Program-made: the position numbers and the translations under genes
DNA from: a virus
Lineage: Duplodnaviria; Caudoviricetes
Length of the DNA stretch: 64,000 nucleotides
Virus record (IMG/VR): IMGVR_UViG_3300030376_003859
Span: 878 to 64,877 of that record
Direction: 5' to 3' (one strand)
Notes under the pieces: model-generated
What the model saw: the letters and a program-made list of their open reading frames with translations, nothing else
Databases searched by the model: none
What the model was told of the DNA's origin: nothing
Shown here: positions 39,715-48,310 of the stretch, one piece after another
Position numbering within the stretch: the first letter of the stretch is position 1
How the letters are laid out: the number at the start of each line of letters is the position of its first letter

Positions 39715-40842
39715 TTAATCCCACTTAATTATATCAAACCAAGCCTTCTTGAAACCTCTTCTTGGTTTTACCCTTTCCATTCTTTCACGATATGCTCTTT
39801 TTCTTTCCTTTTTTTCTTTTTTCCTTTTTTCAGCCGCCAATTCTTCTTCTTTTTTTCGTTCTTTTAGCGAAGGATTTCTTTTTCCTTTTTCTCTTGCGAA
39901 ACGATTTCTGCCATAATCATTATTTTTTCTTGCCCTTTCAGCCGCTTGGGTTTTCCTGTACTCTTGTAGTTTTCTTTGTTCTTCTTTGTATTTATCTGAA
40001 TTTAAATAATCTGTTTCTTCTTTTATTTTCATTCTTAGAACAGGTATAAAAATATTTTGATTTACCCAACGCCTGTTTATTGGCAGTTGTTGTCTTAAAT
40101 ACAAATCATGTTTGTTTTTTCCAAATGCTCCCCTTAAGGCTCTATTAGCCGAATCAACAACATCATCTGCATCTATTCTATTTTGAACTAAACGGGAAGA
40201 ATTTTCAAGTTCCAATAGGTGTTGTTTGTTGAATTTTTTAAACATAGGGTCTTTTTCTAAAACATCTATTATAAATTTAGCAAAGCCTTGAACTTTATCT
40301 AAACCATATTTACTTTTAGTTTCATTCCATGCTTCAATATCTTCTGTCTTTCTTGACCTGTCCGGCCTCTTGAAATCTCTTTCGGGATATTTCTTTCTTT
40401 GTTTATCTGCTACTTCTTTACTTACACCAATAGCATAATACTTGGCAGTATCGGGGATAACCAAATTACCTAATTTATTTTGATAATTTGCTCTAATCCA
40501 ATCAGCATTTTTATCCCATACTTTGTAGCCTTCATCTCTTAATTTTTGATATAGCCCGCTTTGTTCATCAATCGGTCTATCTGTAATGAACCTAACTCTT
40601 TCGGAAACAAACTTCTGTGAACCCGACCTTGAAAATCTAATTGGGTTTTTTTCAGGATTATTCGCATCAAACATTCTTTCTGCGGGGTCGGGTTTTGAAA
40701 TTTCAATATGTATAACAGTCGCAGGGTTTTGTTTATCCCAATCTTCAATTATTTGCTTTAGCCTGTCGGGGTCATATTCAAAATTAATATCATAATCTGG
40801 AATAGATATTTTTGGCATTTTTAATATTGTTATCCAACTCAT
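39715..40842 (-). CDS. Protein tagged at both ends with the WxxILK motif
   Basis: Starts MSWITILKM; ends KKAWFDIIKWD. Confidence 0.65.
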   Translation of the reverse strand: MSWITILKMPKISIPDYDINFEYDPDRLKQIIEDWDKQNPATVIHIEISKPDPAERMFDANNPEKNPIRFSRSGSQKFVSERVRFITDRPIDEQSGLYQKLRDEGYKVWDKNADWIRANYQNKLGNLVIPDTAKYYAIGVSKEVADKQRKKYPERDFKRPDRSRKTEDIEAWNETKSKYGLDKVQGFAKFIIDVLEKDPMFKKFNKQHLLELENSSRLVQNRIDADDVVDSANRALRGAFGKNKHDLYLRQQLPINRRWVNQNIFIPVLRMKIKEETDYLNSDKYKEEQRKLQEYRKTQAAERARKNNDYGRNRFAREKGKRNPSLKERKKEEELAAEKRKKEKKERKRAYRERMERVKPRRGFKKAWFDIIKWD

Positions 40843-41504
40843 TGTAATTTCTCCTGCATTTTCTTCTTAATGTCTAACCAAATCTCCGGATTGTTTTGGG
40901 CTAAGACTTCTTGGACTATTTGCATTTGGGCGATAACAATTGTATCTTGTCTCTTGTGAACCAATTTACCTTTGAACTCCATAAGATATTTTAGCGACTC
41001 TCTAATTTCTCTTGCGAGTTTTGTTAAAGCGTCAATCATCTTTGGGTCTAAGTCATTTCCTAACTCATTGAATACTTGTTCTAATCGTGTATCTAATTTA
41101 GCAACATTGTTAGAAAGTAAATCAACTTCATTTACTTCTCTTTTTGCTATCATCATAGCGGCTGATTCTTGAACAATAGGCATCAAATGATGTTTCATAT
41201 GTCTTTGAATTTGAGCCTGTGTTGTATTTAGTGCGGTGGCAACTGCTTCTGTTGAAATGCTACCTTCATTAATTGCTTGTTCATAGTGCTTTCTCATTGG
41301 GTCTATGCAAAGGGCGCACTTTGGATTAGACGACATTTTATAATCGCCCATATGATTTCTTTGATGTTGAGCCGCAGTTCCACTTCTCCAATTATATTTT
41401 GTATCTAATTCATCGCAGGTGGTTTCGCCTGTTTCAAGCATACGCTCTAATTCTTCTCTATCTTCATGCTGACAAAGACCACACCTTTTACGAACAACTG
41501 ACAT
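40839..41504 (-). CDS. Candidate terminase small subunit (duplicated Zn-HTH plus oligomerisation helices)
   Basis: Two CxxC...HxxxH repeats flanking HTH-like helices, then coiled helices; upstream of TerL. Confidence 0.5.
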   Translation of the reverse strand: MSVVRKRCGLCQHEDREELERMLETGETTCDELDTKYNWRSGTAAQHQRNHMGDYKMSSNPKCALCIDPMRKHYEQAINEGSISTEAVATALNTTQAQIQRHMKHHLMPIVQESAAMMIAKREVNEVDLLSNNVAKLDTRLEQVFNELGNDLDPKMIDALTKLAREIRESLKYLMEFKGKLVHKRQDTIVIAQMQIVQEVLAQNNPEIWLDIKKKMQEKLQ

Positions 41505-41514
41505 AATAATCACC

Positions 41515-41847
41515 TTAAGAATTGGTTTCGGGTTGGGCTTCCTTGAGTTCTAATAGTTCTATTAGATAATCAAGGTCGGGTAAATCAAATTGATTAACCA
41601 TTTTCTTAACACCCTTAACGCCTCTAAGAGTCTTTCGATAATCAAATTGATTTAAAAATCTTCCAGTCTTATGTATGAGCATATCAAATTTTTCTTTTCT
41701 ATCTTCATCAAAATGTGGATAATATTTTTTCCTAATTCCGACCATGACATAATCAAATTCACTACCTATCACATCATTAAAATCATAATCATCAAGTCTT
41801 TCCACAGTCTGCCTTGCATCTCTTATTTTAATTACATCTTGCCACAT
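41515..41847 (-). CDS. WxxILK-tagged protein
   Basis: Starts MWQDVIKI. Confidence 0.65.
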   Translation of the reverse strand: MWQDVIKIRDARQTVERLDDYDFNDVIGSEFDYVMVGIRKKYYPHFDEDRKEKFDMLIHKTGRFLNQFDYRKTLRGVKGVKKMVNQFDLPDLDYLIELLELKEAQPETNS

Positions 41848-41848
41848 G

Positions 41849-42997
41849 TTAATTCCTCCATAAAAGTTGTTGCCACATCTTAGAAATTATTTTTGCATCG
41901 GGGCTATATTTTCCTGTATCTTCACCGAACTTTTCTCTTGCAGTTTTTCTATAATCGAATCCACCCTTTCTTGCATTCTGCCATGCTCTAAATCCGTTTG
42001 GTGCTTTATTGGTATTGGCTCTCTTTAATGCTCTATCAACTAAACCAATAATAGGTAATGCCGTAGCAGTTAATTTGAAACTAATCACATTACCAACAAG
42101 TGCATCTCTTTCTTCCTTTCTTCCAAGATTTGCTATTTCCCTAATTGGGTTTTGCTCATTAGGTTTAACTTTAAACTCCGTAGCCTGTAATTCCGACCTC
42201 AATTTATTAACAAGAAGTTTTCCACCTGCGTTCCAAAAAGCAGTATTCTTAATTACACCATTAAAGAAATCCTCAACAGACTTAATTTCATCAATATCAA
42301 CTTCATCAACTCCGCTTGGTATCGTATCAACTTCTACCTCTAAATCAGTTTCTTTTTCCATGTTTTCTGCGTCTTTCATAATATACAGAAGACCTTTTGG
42401 TTTAGCATATTTTGTTGCAGTTTCGGAAAATAATGCTTGGTGTGGAGGATTATTTCCTGCAAGCCATTCTTTAGGAACTGCGCTAACACCTTCATTTCTT
42501 TCAGCATACCATTCAGTCGCATAATGTCCTTGAACTTCTCTTACTGCGAGTGTTTCTCCGGTTGCGCTTTTTGGCTTTTCAGTAAATAAAATAAATGCAG
42601 GGTCATAAGCCGGAGTGTCGCCTCCTATGTCTTTTCCTGTATCTTTCATTTTTTCTAAAGTATTAGCCATTCTTGCTATTAGTTGTGCTTGTTGAACAGT
42701 AAATAAATTATCGGGATTATCTACAAATCCTTCTATAACATTCAAAAATTGAACTGCTCCTTCACCATCTCTTCCATCATTACGACTACCGCCTCTAATG
42801 TATGGGTCTTTCAAATGATTCTTTAGCATATTGTAAAGATTAGGTATATTCTTTACTTGAAGGTCGCCACCACTAATTTGCTGACAATTAGTTCGCCACT
42901 TGTTAAAATTTTCAATAAATGGAAAATCTTGAGTTTGCTTCACTTTGTTTCCCTTGTGATTTTGAAACTCCTTCTTTTTCTTAGTTTCTTTTACCAT
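41849..42997 (-). CDS. Hypothetical protein with C-terminal motif variant
   Basis: About 382 aa; ends ISKMWQQLLWRN. Confidence 0.6.
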   Translation of the reverse strand: MVKETKKKKEFQNHKGNKVKQTQDFPFIENFNKWRTNCQQISGGDLQVKNIPNLYNMLKNHLKDPYIRGGSRNDGRDGEGAVQFLNVIEGFVDNPDNLFTVQQAQLIARMANTLEKMKDTGKDIGGDTPAYDPAFILFTEKPKSATGETLAVREVQGHYATEWYAERNEGVSAVPKEWLAGNNPPHQALFSETATKYAKPKGLLYIMKDAENMEKETDLEVEVDTIPSGVDEVDIDEIKSVEDFFNGVIKNTAFWNAGGKLLVNKLRSELQATEFKVKPNEQNPIREIANLGRKEERDALVGNVISFKLTATALPIIGLVDRALKRANTNKAPNGFRAWQNARKGGFDYRKTAREKFGEDTGKYSPDAKIISKMWQQLLWRN

Positions 42998-43841
42998 CTT
43001 CTTCTTCCTCCTTTTTCTTACCATATCTCGGTCTGCTTTCAAATCCGGCAGTTGTGGACATTACAGTTGTTGCCTGTTTTTCAAAGTCTTTAGCCCTTTC
43101 CCGACTAAAATCTACATCTTTAGCATCATAGTGAAGAATACTTCTAAACATTTCCATAATAACATCTTCAAACTTTTCACCATATCTATCCATTAAAACT
43201 GTAATATCTTGAACATCAACATCTCTAATATGTGGCTTTCCGGCCTTTCTTGCTAAAACTTCTAATCTTGTTAAAAGTTCCCTTGCCTCTTCTCTTTTTC
43301 CCTTATTTTTAATTTTATCAGTCAAAGAATCAACAAATGTCATTACTTCTCTTAGAACCCTTGTAGAGTTCTTTTGGTAAGCCCCCATATCATCAAGACC
43401 AATCATCATCGCACCCAATGGATTTATTATTTGTTCTCTTGTTGCAGGGTGTTGTAAATATTGTTTTATTCTTAGATATGTGCTATCAGGGAATTGACCT
43501 GTAAATGCTCCATATTCTGTTTGTTGGTCGGCCATTTCAAACTGTTCTTCTGCCATACCGCCATGAGTTGCTTCGTGCATAATGGTTCTTTTTACCCATT
43601 CCATTATTTGCTTATCTGTTGGTTCTTTACCTAATCTTTCTTTTAGATAGGAATAGATTTTAGACGGATTAATTCTAATTTTCTTTTCTAAAAAATCCAA
43701 TACTGTCGGGTTTGGCTTTTCTAATATTTCCTCAAACTTATCCGAACTAACAGGTTCAAATTTAAAATACCCAAAACCTCTTGCTTCGGGGTCTAAATCA
43801 AAATCAATATCTTCAACTTTTATAATTTCAAACCAATCCAA
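42981..43841 (-). CDS. WxxILK-tagged HExxH zinc-metallopeptidase-like protein
   Basis: TTG start after GGAGG gives MDWFEIIKV; IMHEATHGG plus a downstream Glu (QQTEYGA). Confidence 0.55.
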   Translation of the reverse strand: MDWFEIIKVEDIDFDLDPEARGFGYFKFEPVSSDKFEEILEKPNPTVLDFLEKKIRINPSKIYSYLKERLGKEPTDKQIMEWVKRTIMHEATHGGMAEEQFEMADQQTEYGAFTGQFPDSTYLRIKQYLQHPATREQIINPLGAMMIGLDDMGAYQKNSTRVLREVMTFVDSLTDKIKNKGKREEARELLTRLEVLARKAGKPHIRDVDVQDITVLMDRYGEKFEDVIMEMFRSILHYDAKDVDFSRERAKDFEKQATTVMSTTAGFESRPRYGKKKEEEEDGKRN

Positions 43842-43843
43842 AA

Positions 43844-44020
43844 TTATTCCTCCTTCATTGGACAAGATGGCTTTATTCCTGCTTTTGGTGAAGGTAGGCT
43901 TAAATTGCATCTTTGATATTTAGTTACCATTTCTTGACATCTGCGACAATATCCTGTTTTTTGAACTCTATGCTCAACATCTTTTTCAGTGTATTTAGCC
44001 ACGACATCTTGCCAAATCAT
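43844..44020 (-). CDS. WxxILK-tagged small Cys protein
   Basis: Starts MIWQDVVAK; CRRC...C...C. Confidence 0.6.
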   Translation of the reverse strand: MIWQDVVAKYTEKDVEHRVQKTGYCRRCQEMVTKYQRCNLSLPSPKAGIKPSCPMKEE

Positions 44021-44025
44021 GTTAA

Positions 44026-44316
44026 TCACTCTTGGTCTGTAAATGCGCCTCTTGGCTTTGATTTAGAATGATAGCCTTTATTCTTACAATGCTCACAACC
44101 CTTTCCTTTACATTTAGGGCATTCCATTTTGGCCTTTTTAGTCTCATTTAACATAGCAAAATCTTCGCCTGTTATTTTACCATCTTTGTTAGCATCAATT
44201 TTCTTTTGATTACCAATAAGTTTCTTTTCCAATTCTTGTTTTTCACATGAAGCACAACCACAGTTGCCTTTCTCCATTCCACAATGACCTTTTCTTACTA
44301 TGTCTCTCCAACTCAT
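44026..44316 (-). CDS. WxxILK-tagged mosaic of micro-domains (Cys cluster, EF-hand-like loop, DnaJ-type Zn finger)
   Basis: MSWRDIVRK; CGCASC; KLIGNQKKIDANKDGKITGEDF; CPKCKGKGCEHCKNKG. Confidence 0.6.
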   Translation of the reverse strand: MSWRDIVRKGHCGMEKGNCGCASCEKQELEKKLIGNQKKIDANKDGKITGEDFAMLNETKKAKMECPKCKGKGCEHCKNKGYHSKSKPRGAFTDQE

Positions 44317-44328
44317 TTTTTCACTTCC

Positions 44329-44784
44329 TTAAAATTTATTTTCTTGTCCTCTAAATTTATACGGTGTGTAAGTGGCAGGTCTTACAGAAGGCGGTTCACC
44401 TGCTTTACTTCCCCTTGTGTCTTCTTGTTCTGCCATTCTTTCATCATATTCTTCCTTAAATCTACCAAGACCGTATGTTTTCATATAATGACGCACCATT
44501 ATTCCAAACTTTTTTTGAGTCATTTTATGGTCGAAAGGAGGTTTTCCACTTTCTATATCTTCTAAAAATTGAACAATTGCCTCTTTGGGTTCTTTTCCAC
44601 CCCTTAGCAAATTATCTCTTTTTAACGACTCCCATTTACTACCTATATTTCCTCTCATATTTTGTTGATATATTTGATAATCATTTTCATCTTTATTAGA
44701 CCACTCTTCAAGAGTCATAGGTTTTCCATCTTCATCAAAAGTAAAGGTGTCTTTATCCTCTTTTAGAATACTACGCCAATTCAT
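44329..44784 (-). CDS. WxxILK-tagged protein
   Basis: Starts MNWRSILKE. Confidence 0.65.
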   Translation of the reverse strand: MNWRSILKEDKDTFTFDEDGKPMTLEEWSNKDENDYQIYQQNMRGNIGSKWESLKRDNLLRGGKEPKEAIVQFLEDIESGKPPFDHKMTQKKFGIMVRHYMKTYGLGRFKEEYDERMAEQEDTRGSKAGEPPSVRPATYTPYKFRGQENKF

Positions 44785-44888
44785 TTCTTATCACCTGTGA
44801 TTAAGTCTTTTTTGGCTTTAGATTCTGCTTCATCTAACTCTTTTGACTTAGAATCAAACCATGAATCAAGGTAATTACATCTTGTCAT
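44781..44888 (-). CDS. 35-aa first gene of the morphogenesis block
   Basis: ATG after GGGTGA; MTRCNYLDSWFDSKSKE... Confidence 0.45.
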   Translation of the reverse strand: MTRCNYLDSWFDSKSKELDEAESKAKKDLITGDKK

Positions 44889-45562
44889 TAAATCACCCTT
44901 TTTAATTCGCACTAAGTTTAATCGTTTATACCTTTCTATTTCCCCAAAAAAATGGCCGGAATTTTTTTTCGGCATAACCCTTAAATTTCTCAAAAAATAT
45001 GGCGGAATTTATTTGGCACTAGCGTTTTCATTTTTTTCTATAGATTTATATAAACAGAATAAAATGATATAATTTAAATATAAACGGCTGGCTGTTTGAA
45101 TTAAATGCTAATTGTTTCACGATTAAGATTAAATGTTTAATATATTATTGTTTATCAGTATTATCCTCAGTATCTCTTATTATGGTTAAAGTAGTGGCCA
45201 AACTGCTATAAAGTTTAAATTTAATGGTTCAAAATAGGTGGTTTAGAACGATTTCATTTAAACTTGTATAAATAAAAAATTTTGATACAAAGCCATATGG
45301 TTGTATAACAGGATATGCAAAATGCATAAAGGGCTATTATTCCGAAGTTTGTAGAATGATTGTTTATAGCGGTTAATAGATGAATAAAAAAGGCATTACG
45401 CAACTGTTCAATGTTTAATTCTAAAGGCTATATCCTTCGTCATTAATGCCTCTATTCAATGTTTCGTGATTATGCACTATGAATAGTCTCGCTGATGTTC
45501 TCATAAGCCTCATAACAACCATATGGTAATGCTTTGCACTTACCGCACCAAAGCGGGGAGAT

Positions 45563-45820
45563 TTAACTCCAAAGGCTTGATATTGATATTTTACCTTTAA
45601 CTTTCTTACCTTTCATTTTCTTCACTCTAGCCTTAATTTGTTTAGGAGTTTTATATCCCTTGAATGTAACTTGAGCATAAGCATTACTTCTAAAATTAGT
45701 TGGGTCTTGCCACTGTGCTAAGTATTTCTTTCTACTTTCATGTTTAATCTGTTTACGGATTTGTTGAATATCCGAATTATGCTTAACCTTTCTTAGTCCG
45801 TTCTTTTGTGCTTTTCTCAT
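45563..45820 (-). CDS. Highly basic small protein
   Basis: Lys/Arg-rich 85 aa; GGTGA SD. Confidence 0.55.
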   Translation of the reverse strand: MRKAQKNGLRKVKHNSDIQQIRKQIKHESRKKYLAQWQDPTNFRSNAYAQVTFKGYKTPKQIKARVKKMKGKKVKGKISISSLWS

Positions 45821-45954
45821 TTTAATCACCTTGAATTGAAGAAACTCCGCCTACTCCATACATATCCGATTAACTGCATTTTTTCTTGTTTCCGTCTCTA
45901 ATTCGGCTAGCCTCCTTAGATTTGTTTCCCATTCTATGTCTTACTACGCTGTGT

Positions 45955-46262
45955 TTCGGCTTTGTTTCCATTAGTGTTTATGGCCACTAATAAACCAATG
46001 GAATGTAAGGGTGGAGTTGGGATTTAATTGAATACCCAAATGAGTGTGTTGGTCGTAAAAGAATCAATCTTTTGGATTTTGCACACTCAACACCATATAG
46101 TCAGCGATTGCTAATCTACGACCTTAATCACCGTAATTAACCAAGTCAGCGACTAAACCGCTTGATTAACCCTAAATGCGGGAAGCACCCCGATATGGCT
46201 ACCTTAAAACTCTTTTACAAATTCTTATTCAGTCATCTCCGTGTCCGATTGCCACCGAACAG
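45955..46262 (-). ncRNA. Candidate structured non-coding RNA with pseudoknot topology
   Basis: No ORF; interleaved helices 46042-48/46082-88 and 46051-57/46117-23, several more hairpins; promoter-like motif at 46275-46290. Confidence 0.4.
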
Positions 46263-46384
46263 TAATTGGGCTTAGGGGGCGTATAGGGTTTAGTTATGTG
46301 CAAAGCAATAACAACCATATGGTTCGGCAACTTTGTTCCGTCTCGACGAGCGAACCCTATTAATGGTTATAATCGCTATATACC

Positions 46385-46627
46385 ATGAGAGCAGTATTAA
46401 CGCAAGATTTGTTTAATGATAGAGCCGATAAGTTGATTATTACTACCTGTGCAGACGGTTTATTCTGTATTCCGAAAATTACAGAATTTATTCATCAGCA
46501 TGATTTACCCGCTAAACTTACCAGCGATTTTACAGGAATGAGAATTACGATTAGAGGTGGCGACAGATTGACAAATGCTCTCCCAGAAATCCGTCGATTT
46601 ATCAGTAATCAACACTACAAACGCTGA
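46385..46627 (+). CDS. Hypothetical protein (probably leaderless)
   Basis: 80 aa; AACCCTATTAAT element about 24 nt upstream and palindrome further upstream. Confidence 0.5.
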   Translation: MRAVLTQDLFNDRADKLIITTCADGLFCIPKITEFIHQHDLPAKLTSDFTGMRITIRGGDRLTNALPEIRRFISNQHYKR

Positions 46628-46719
46628 TAAACACCGCTTGAGCCGCTTTTGCGGTTCTCGCTTAACACAAAGTTTACTCAACCATATGGTAGGACTTTGG
46701 ATATACCCCGAAGGGGGCT

Positions 46720-46860
46720 TTAAAAGCCACATCTCTCATTGACTAAACGCCAGTATTCATCCTGTTCATCTTTTGAGAGCATTTCAATGATTCTTTGCCA
46801 TTCTATTTGATTTAAATATAGTTTCGTTGCTTTATCTTCTAATTCTCTTACTCTATTCAT
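46720..46860 (-). CDS. 46-aa hypothetical protein
   Basis: Manual ORF MNRVRELEDKATKLYL...; GGTGA SD; followed by a CCCC-GAA-GGGG hairpin. Confidence 0.55.
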   Translation of the reverse strand: MNRVRELEDKATKLYLNQIEWQRIIEMLSKDEQDEYWRLVNERCGF

Positions 46861-46870
46861 TTTATCACCT

Positions 46871-47158
46871 TCATACTAATGTCCAATCGCCTGTCCACGC
46901 TTCACCGTTCAAATACCATTGAAAATTTCTTTGATAAACAAAAACATTAGGCAAACCGTTTAAGCGTTCCTTTGTTGTGTTTGATTGCCAGCCACCATCA
47001 TTTATGTATAATCCACCGTCAGCCGTATATTCAGCAATCATATTACCATGAAGAAATAATCCGACCGAATTATCAAATACCTTAACTTGAGTATTTCCTC
47101 GCTTGAATGGTTGTTTAGTCCTAAAGGCTCTTACTGCATCGCTTGTTATCTTTCGCAT
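46871..47158 (-). CDS. Conserved-looking phage/archaeal virus hypothetical protein
   Basis: LHGNMIA...GGWQSNTTKERLNGL pattern recalled from uncharacterised viral proteins. Confidence 0.6.
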   Translation of the reverse strand: MRKITSDAVRAFRTKQPFKRGNTQVKVFDNSVGLFLHGNMIAEYTADGGLYINDGGWQSNTTKERLNGLPNVFVYQRNFQWYLNGEAWTGDWTLV

Positions 47159-47276
47159 GACCTAATCAAAATAATTCATACATAGGGTTATGCAACAAAG
47201 CCGTCATAACCATATGGTTGTGCTTTGCCAATGTAATGAAACCCCAACTTTTGGGGCTTCAGGGGCTAAAAGAGCA

Positions 47277-47783
47277 TCATTCCTCTTCTTCGCCTCCTTC
47301 TTTGGTTTTAACCGGAGGTGGGGTTAATGATGGGATTTCACCATTCATCGAACCATCCCAACGACCTTCCTTATGGCCTTTTACAAGGTTATCATAAGCA
47401 GTTTTCGCCATTTTCTCCGCATATTCTTGTATTGAAGAATATGCTCCACCTGTTCTGCCGTGTGGTAGTATTACAGTCATTAGTAATTCAGCATTAGTAA
47501 TATCCGCAAAGGCAGTATAAACCGCATTCTTCACAGAAACCGCATGTGCTTCCATTTCTTCCGGTAATGCTGATTCTCGGCCTCTTCTCGCTTTTGGGAA
47601 GTCTTCAAATAAACTCCCTATGCTTCTAATTGCTGTCCAATATGTTGAACGCAAATCATCATTTCCACATGCATTACCTAATGTAATAGATAATCCAATC
47701 GCTTGTCCTGCATCGCCTCTATCTTCACGATTCAGCCATACCTCTACTTCTCCTATATTCTTATTCCAATTTTCTATTTTCAT
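47277..47783 (-). CDS. Paralogue family member A
   Basis: Shares LRSTYWTAIRSIG, PHGRTGG and KxGRxDG with 48778-49296. Confidence 0.75.
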   Translation of the reverse strand: MKIENWNKNIGEVEVWLNREDRGDAGQAIGLSITLGNACGNDDLRSTYWTAIRSIGSLFEDFPKARRGRESALPEEMEAHAVSVKNAVYTAFADITNAELLMTVILPHGRTGGAYSSIQEYAEKMAKTAYDNLVKGHKEGRWDGSMNGEIPSLTPPPVKTKEGGEEEE

Positions 47784-47928
47784 GTTTTTTCACCTCAAAT
47801 AAAGTAAATCCGCACTTTTAGCCCCTGTGCCGACTAATGGGCTTGAGGGGCGGATAAGGTTGTAATTAAACAAGGGCAAAGCCATTACAACCATATGGTC
47901 GTGCTTTGTCTTTTCGGCCCGAAGGCAC

Positions 47929-48198
47929 TCAAATTGGCATATTGTCTCTCCAACATTCCAATTCTTCCATCAACCAAGCATGGTTCATTGATTTTTCATG
48001 CATATCTGCCAATAGTGCCTTCATCTTATCAGGTGTATTAGTCCATGTTTCTTCGTCAATTCCATAATCTTCTTTGAGAGCAATTTCAAACCTCTCTATT
48101 TTTAGTGCTTCCTGATATGCTTCAAAATCAGCAAAAAATTGCTCATGTTGTGTTGTCATGTCATAATCTTCTACTCTCGGTCTTTTCAACTCGTTCAT
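47929..48198 (-). CDS. Hypothetical acidic protein
   Basis: 89 aa with its own upstream palindrome. Confidence 0.6.
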   Translation of the reverse strand: MNELKRPRVEDYDMTTQHEQFFADFEAYQEALKIERFEIALKEDYGIDEETWTNTPDKMKALLADMHEKSMNHAWLMEELECWRDNMPI

Positions 48199-48310
48199 GG
48201 TAATAGGAATATATCACCATTTATCTTGGCTATTCACAAAGTTACTACCATATGGTCTTACTTTGCTAAGACCCTCACGATTTTTTAAAATCGGTCATAG
48301 GGGAACTTAT

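Noticed and set aside
1939-44699. Numerous plus-strand ORFs in the track overlapping the structural genes (for example 4562-5377 and 42009-42524)
   Set aside because: They are antisense shadows of long minus-strand genes; Ser/Phe/Leu-rich composition mirrors Lys/Glu codons, and they have no SD sites or motifs.
45990-46262. Calling the structured region a tmRNA or RNase P RNA
   Set aside because: The T-stem is imperfect, there is no GGGGC 5' end or CCA, and no RNase P GAGGAAAGUCC motif; kept only as an unclassified ncRNA candidate.
46505-46732. 75-aa minus-strand ORF
   Set aside because: It spans a palindrome and terminator hairpin and has atypical composition; the plus-strand 46385-46627 ORF has the better promoter context.
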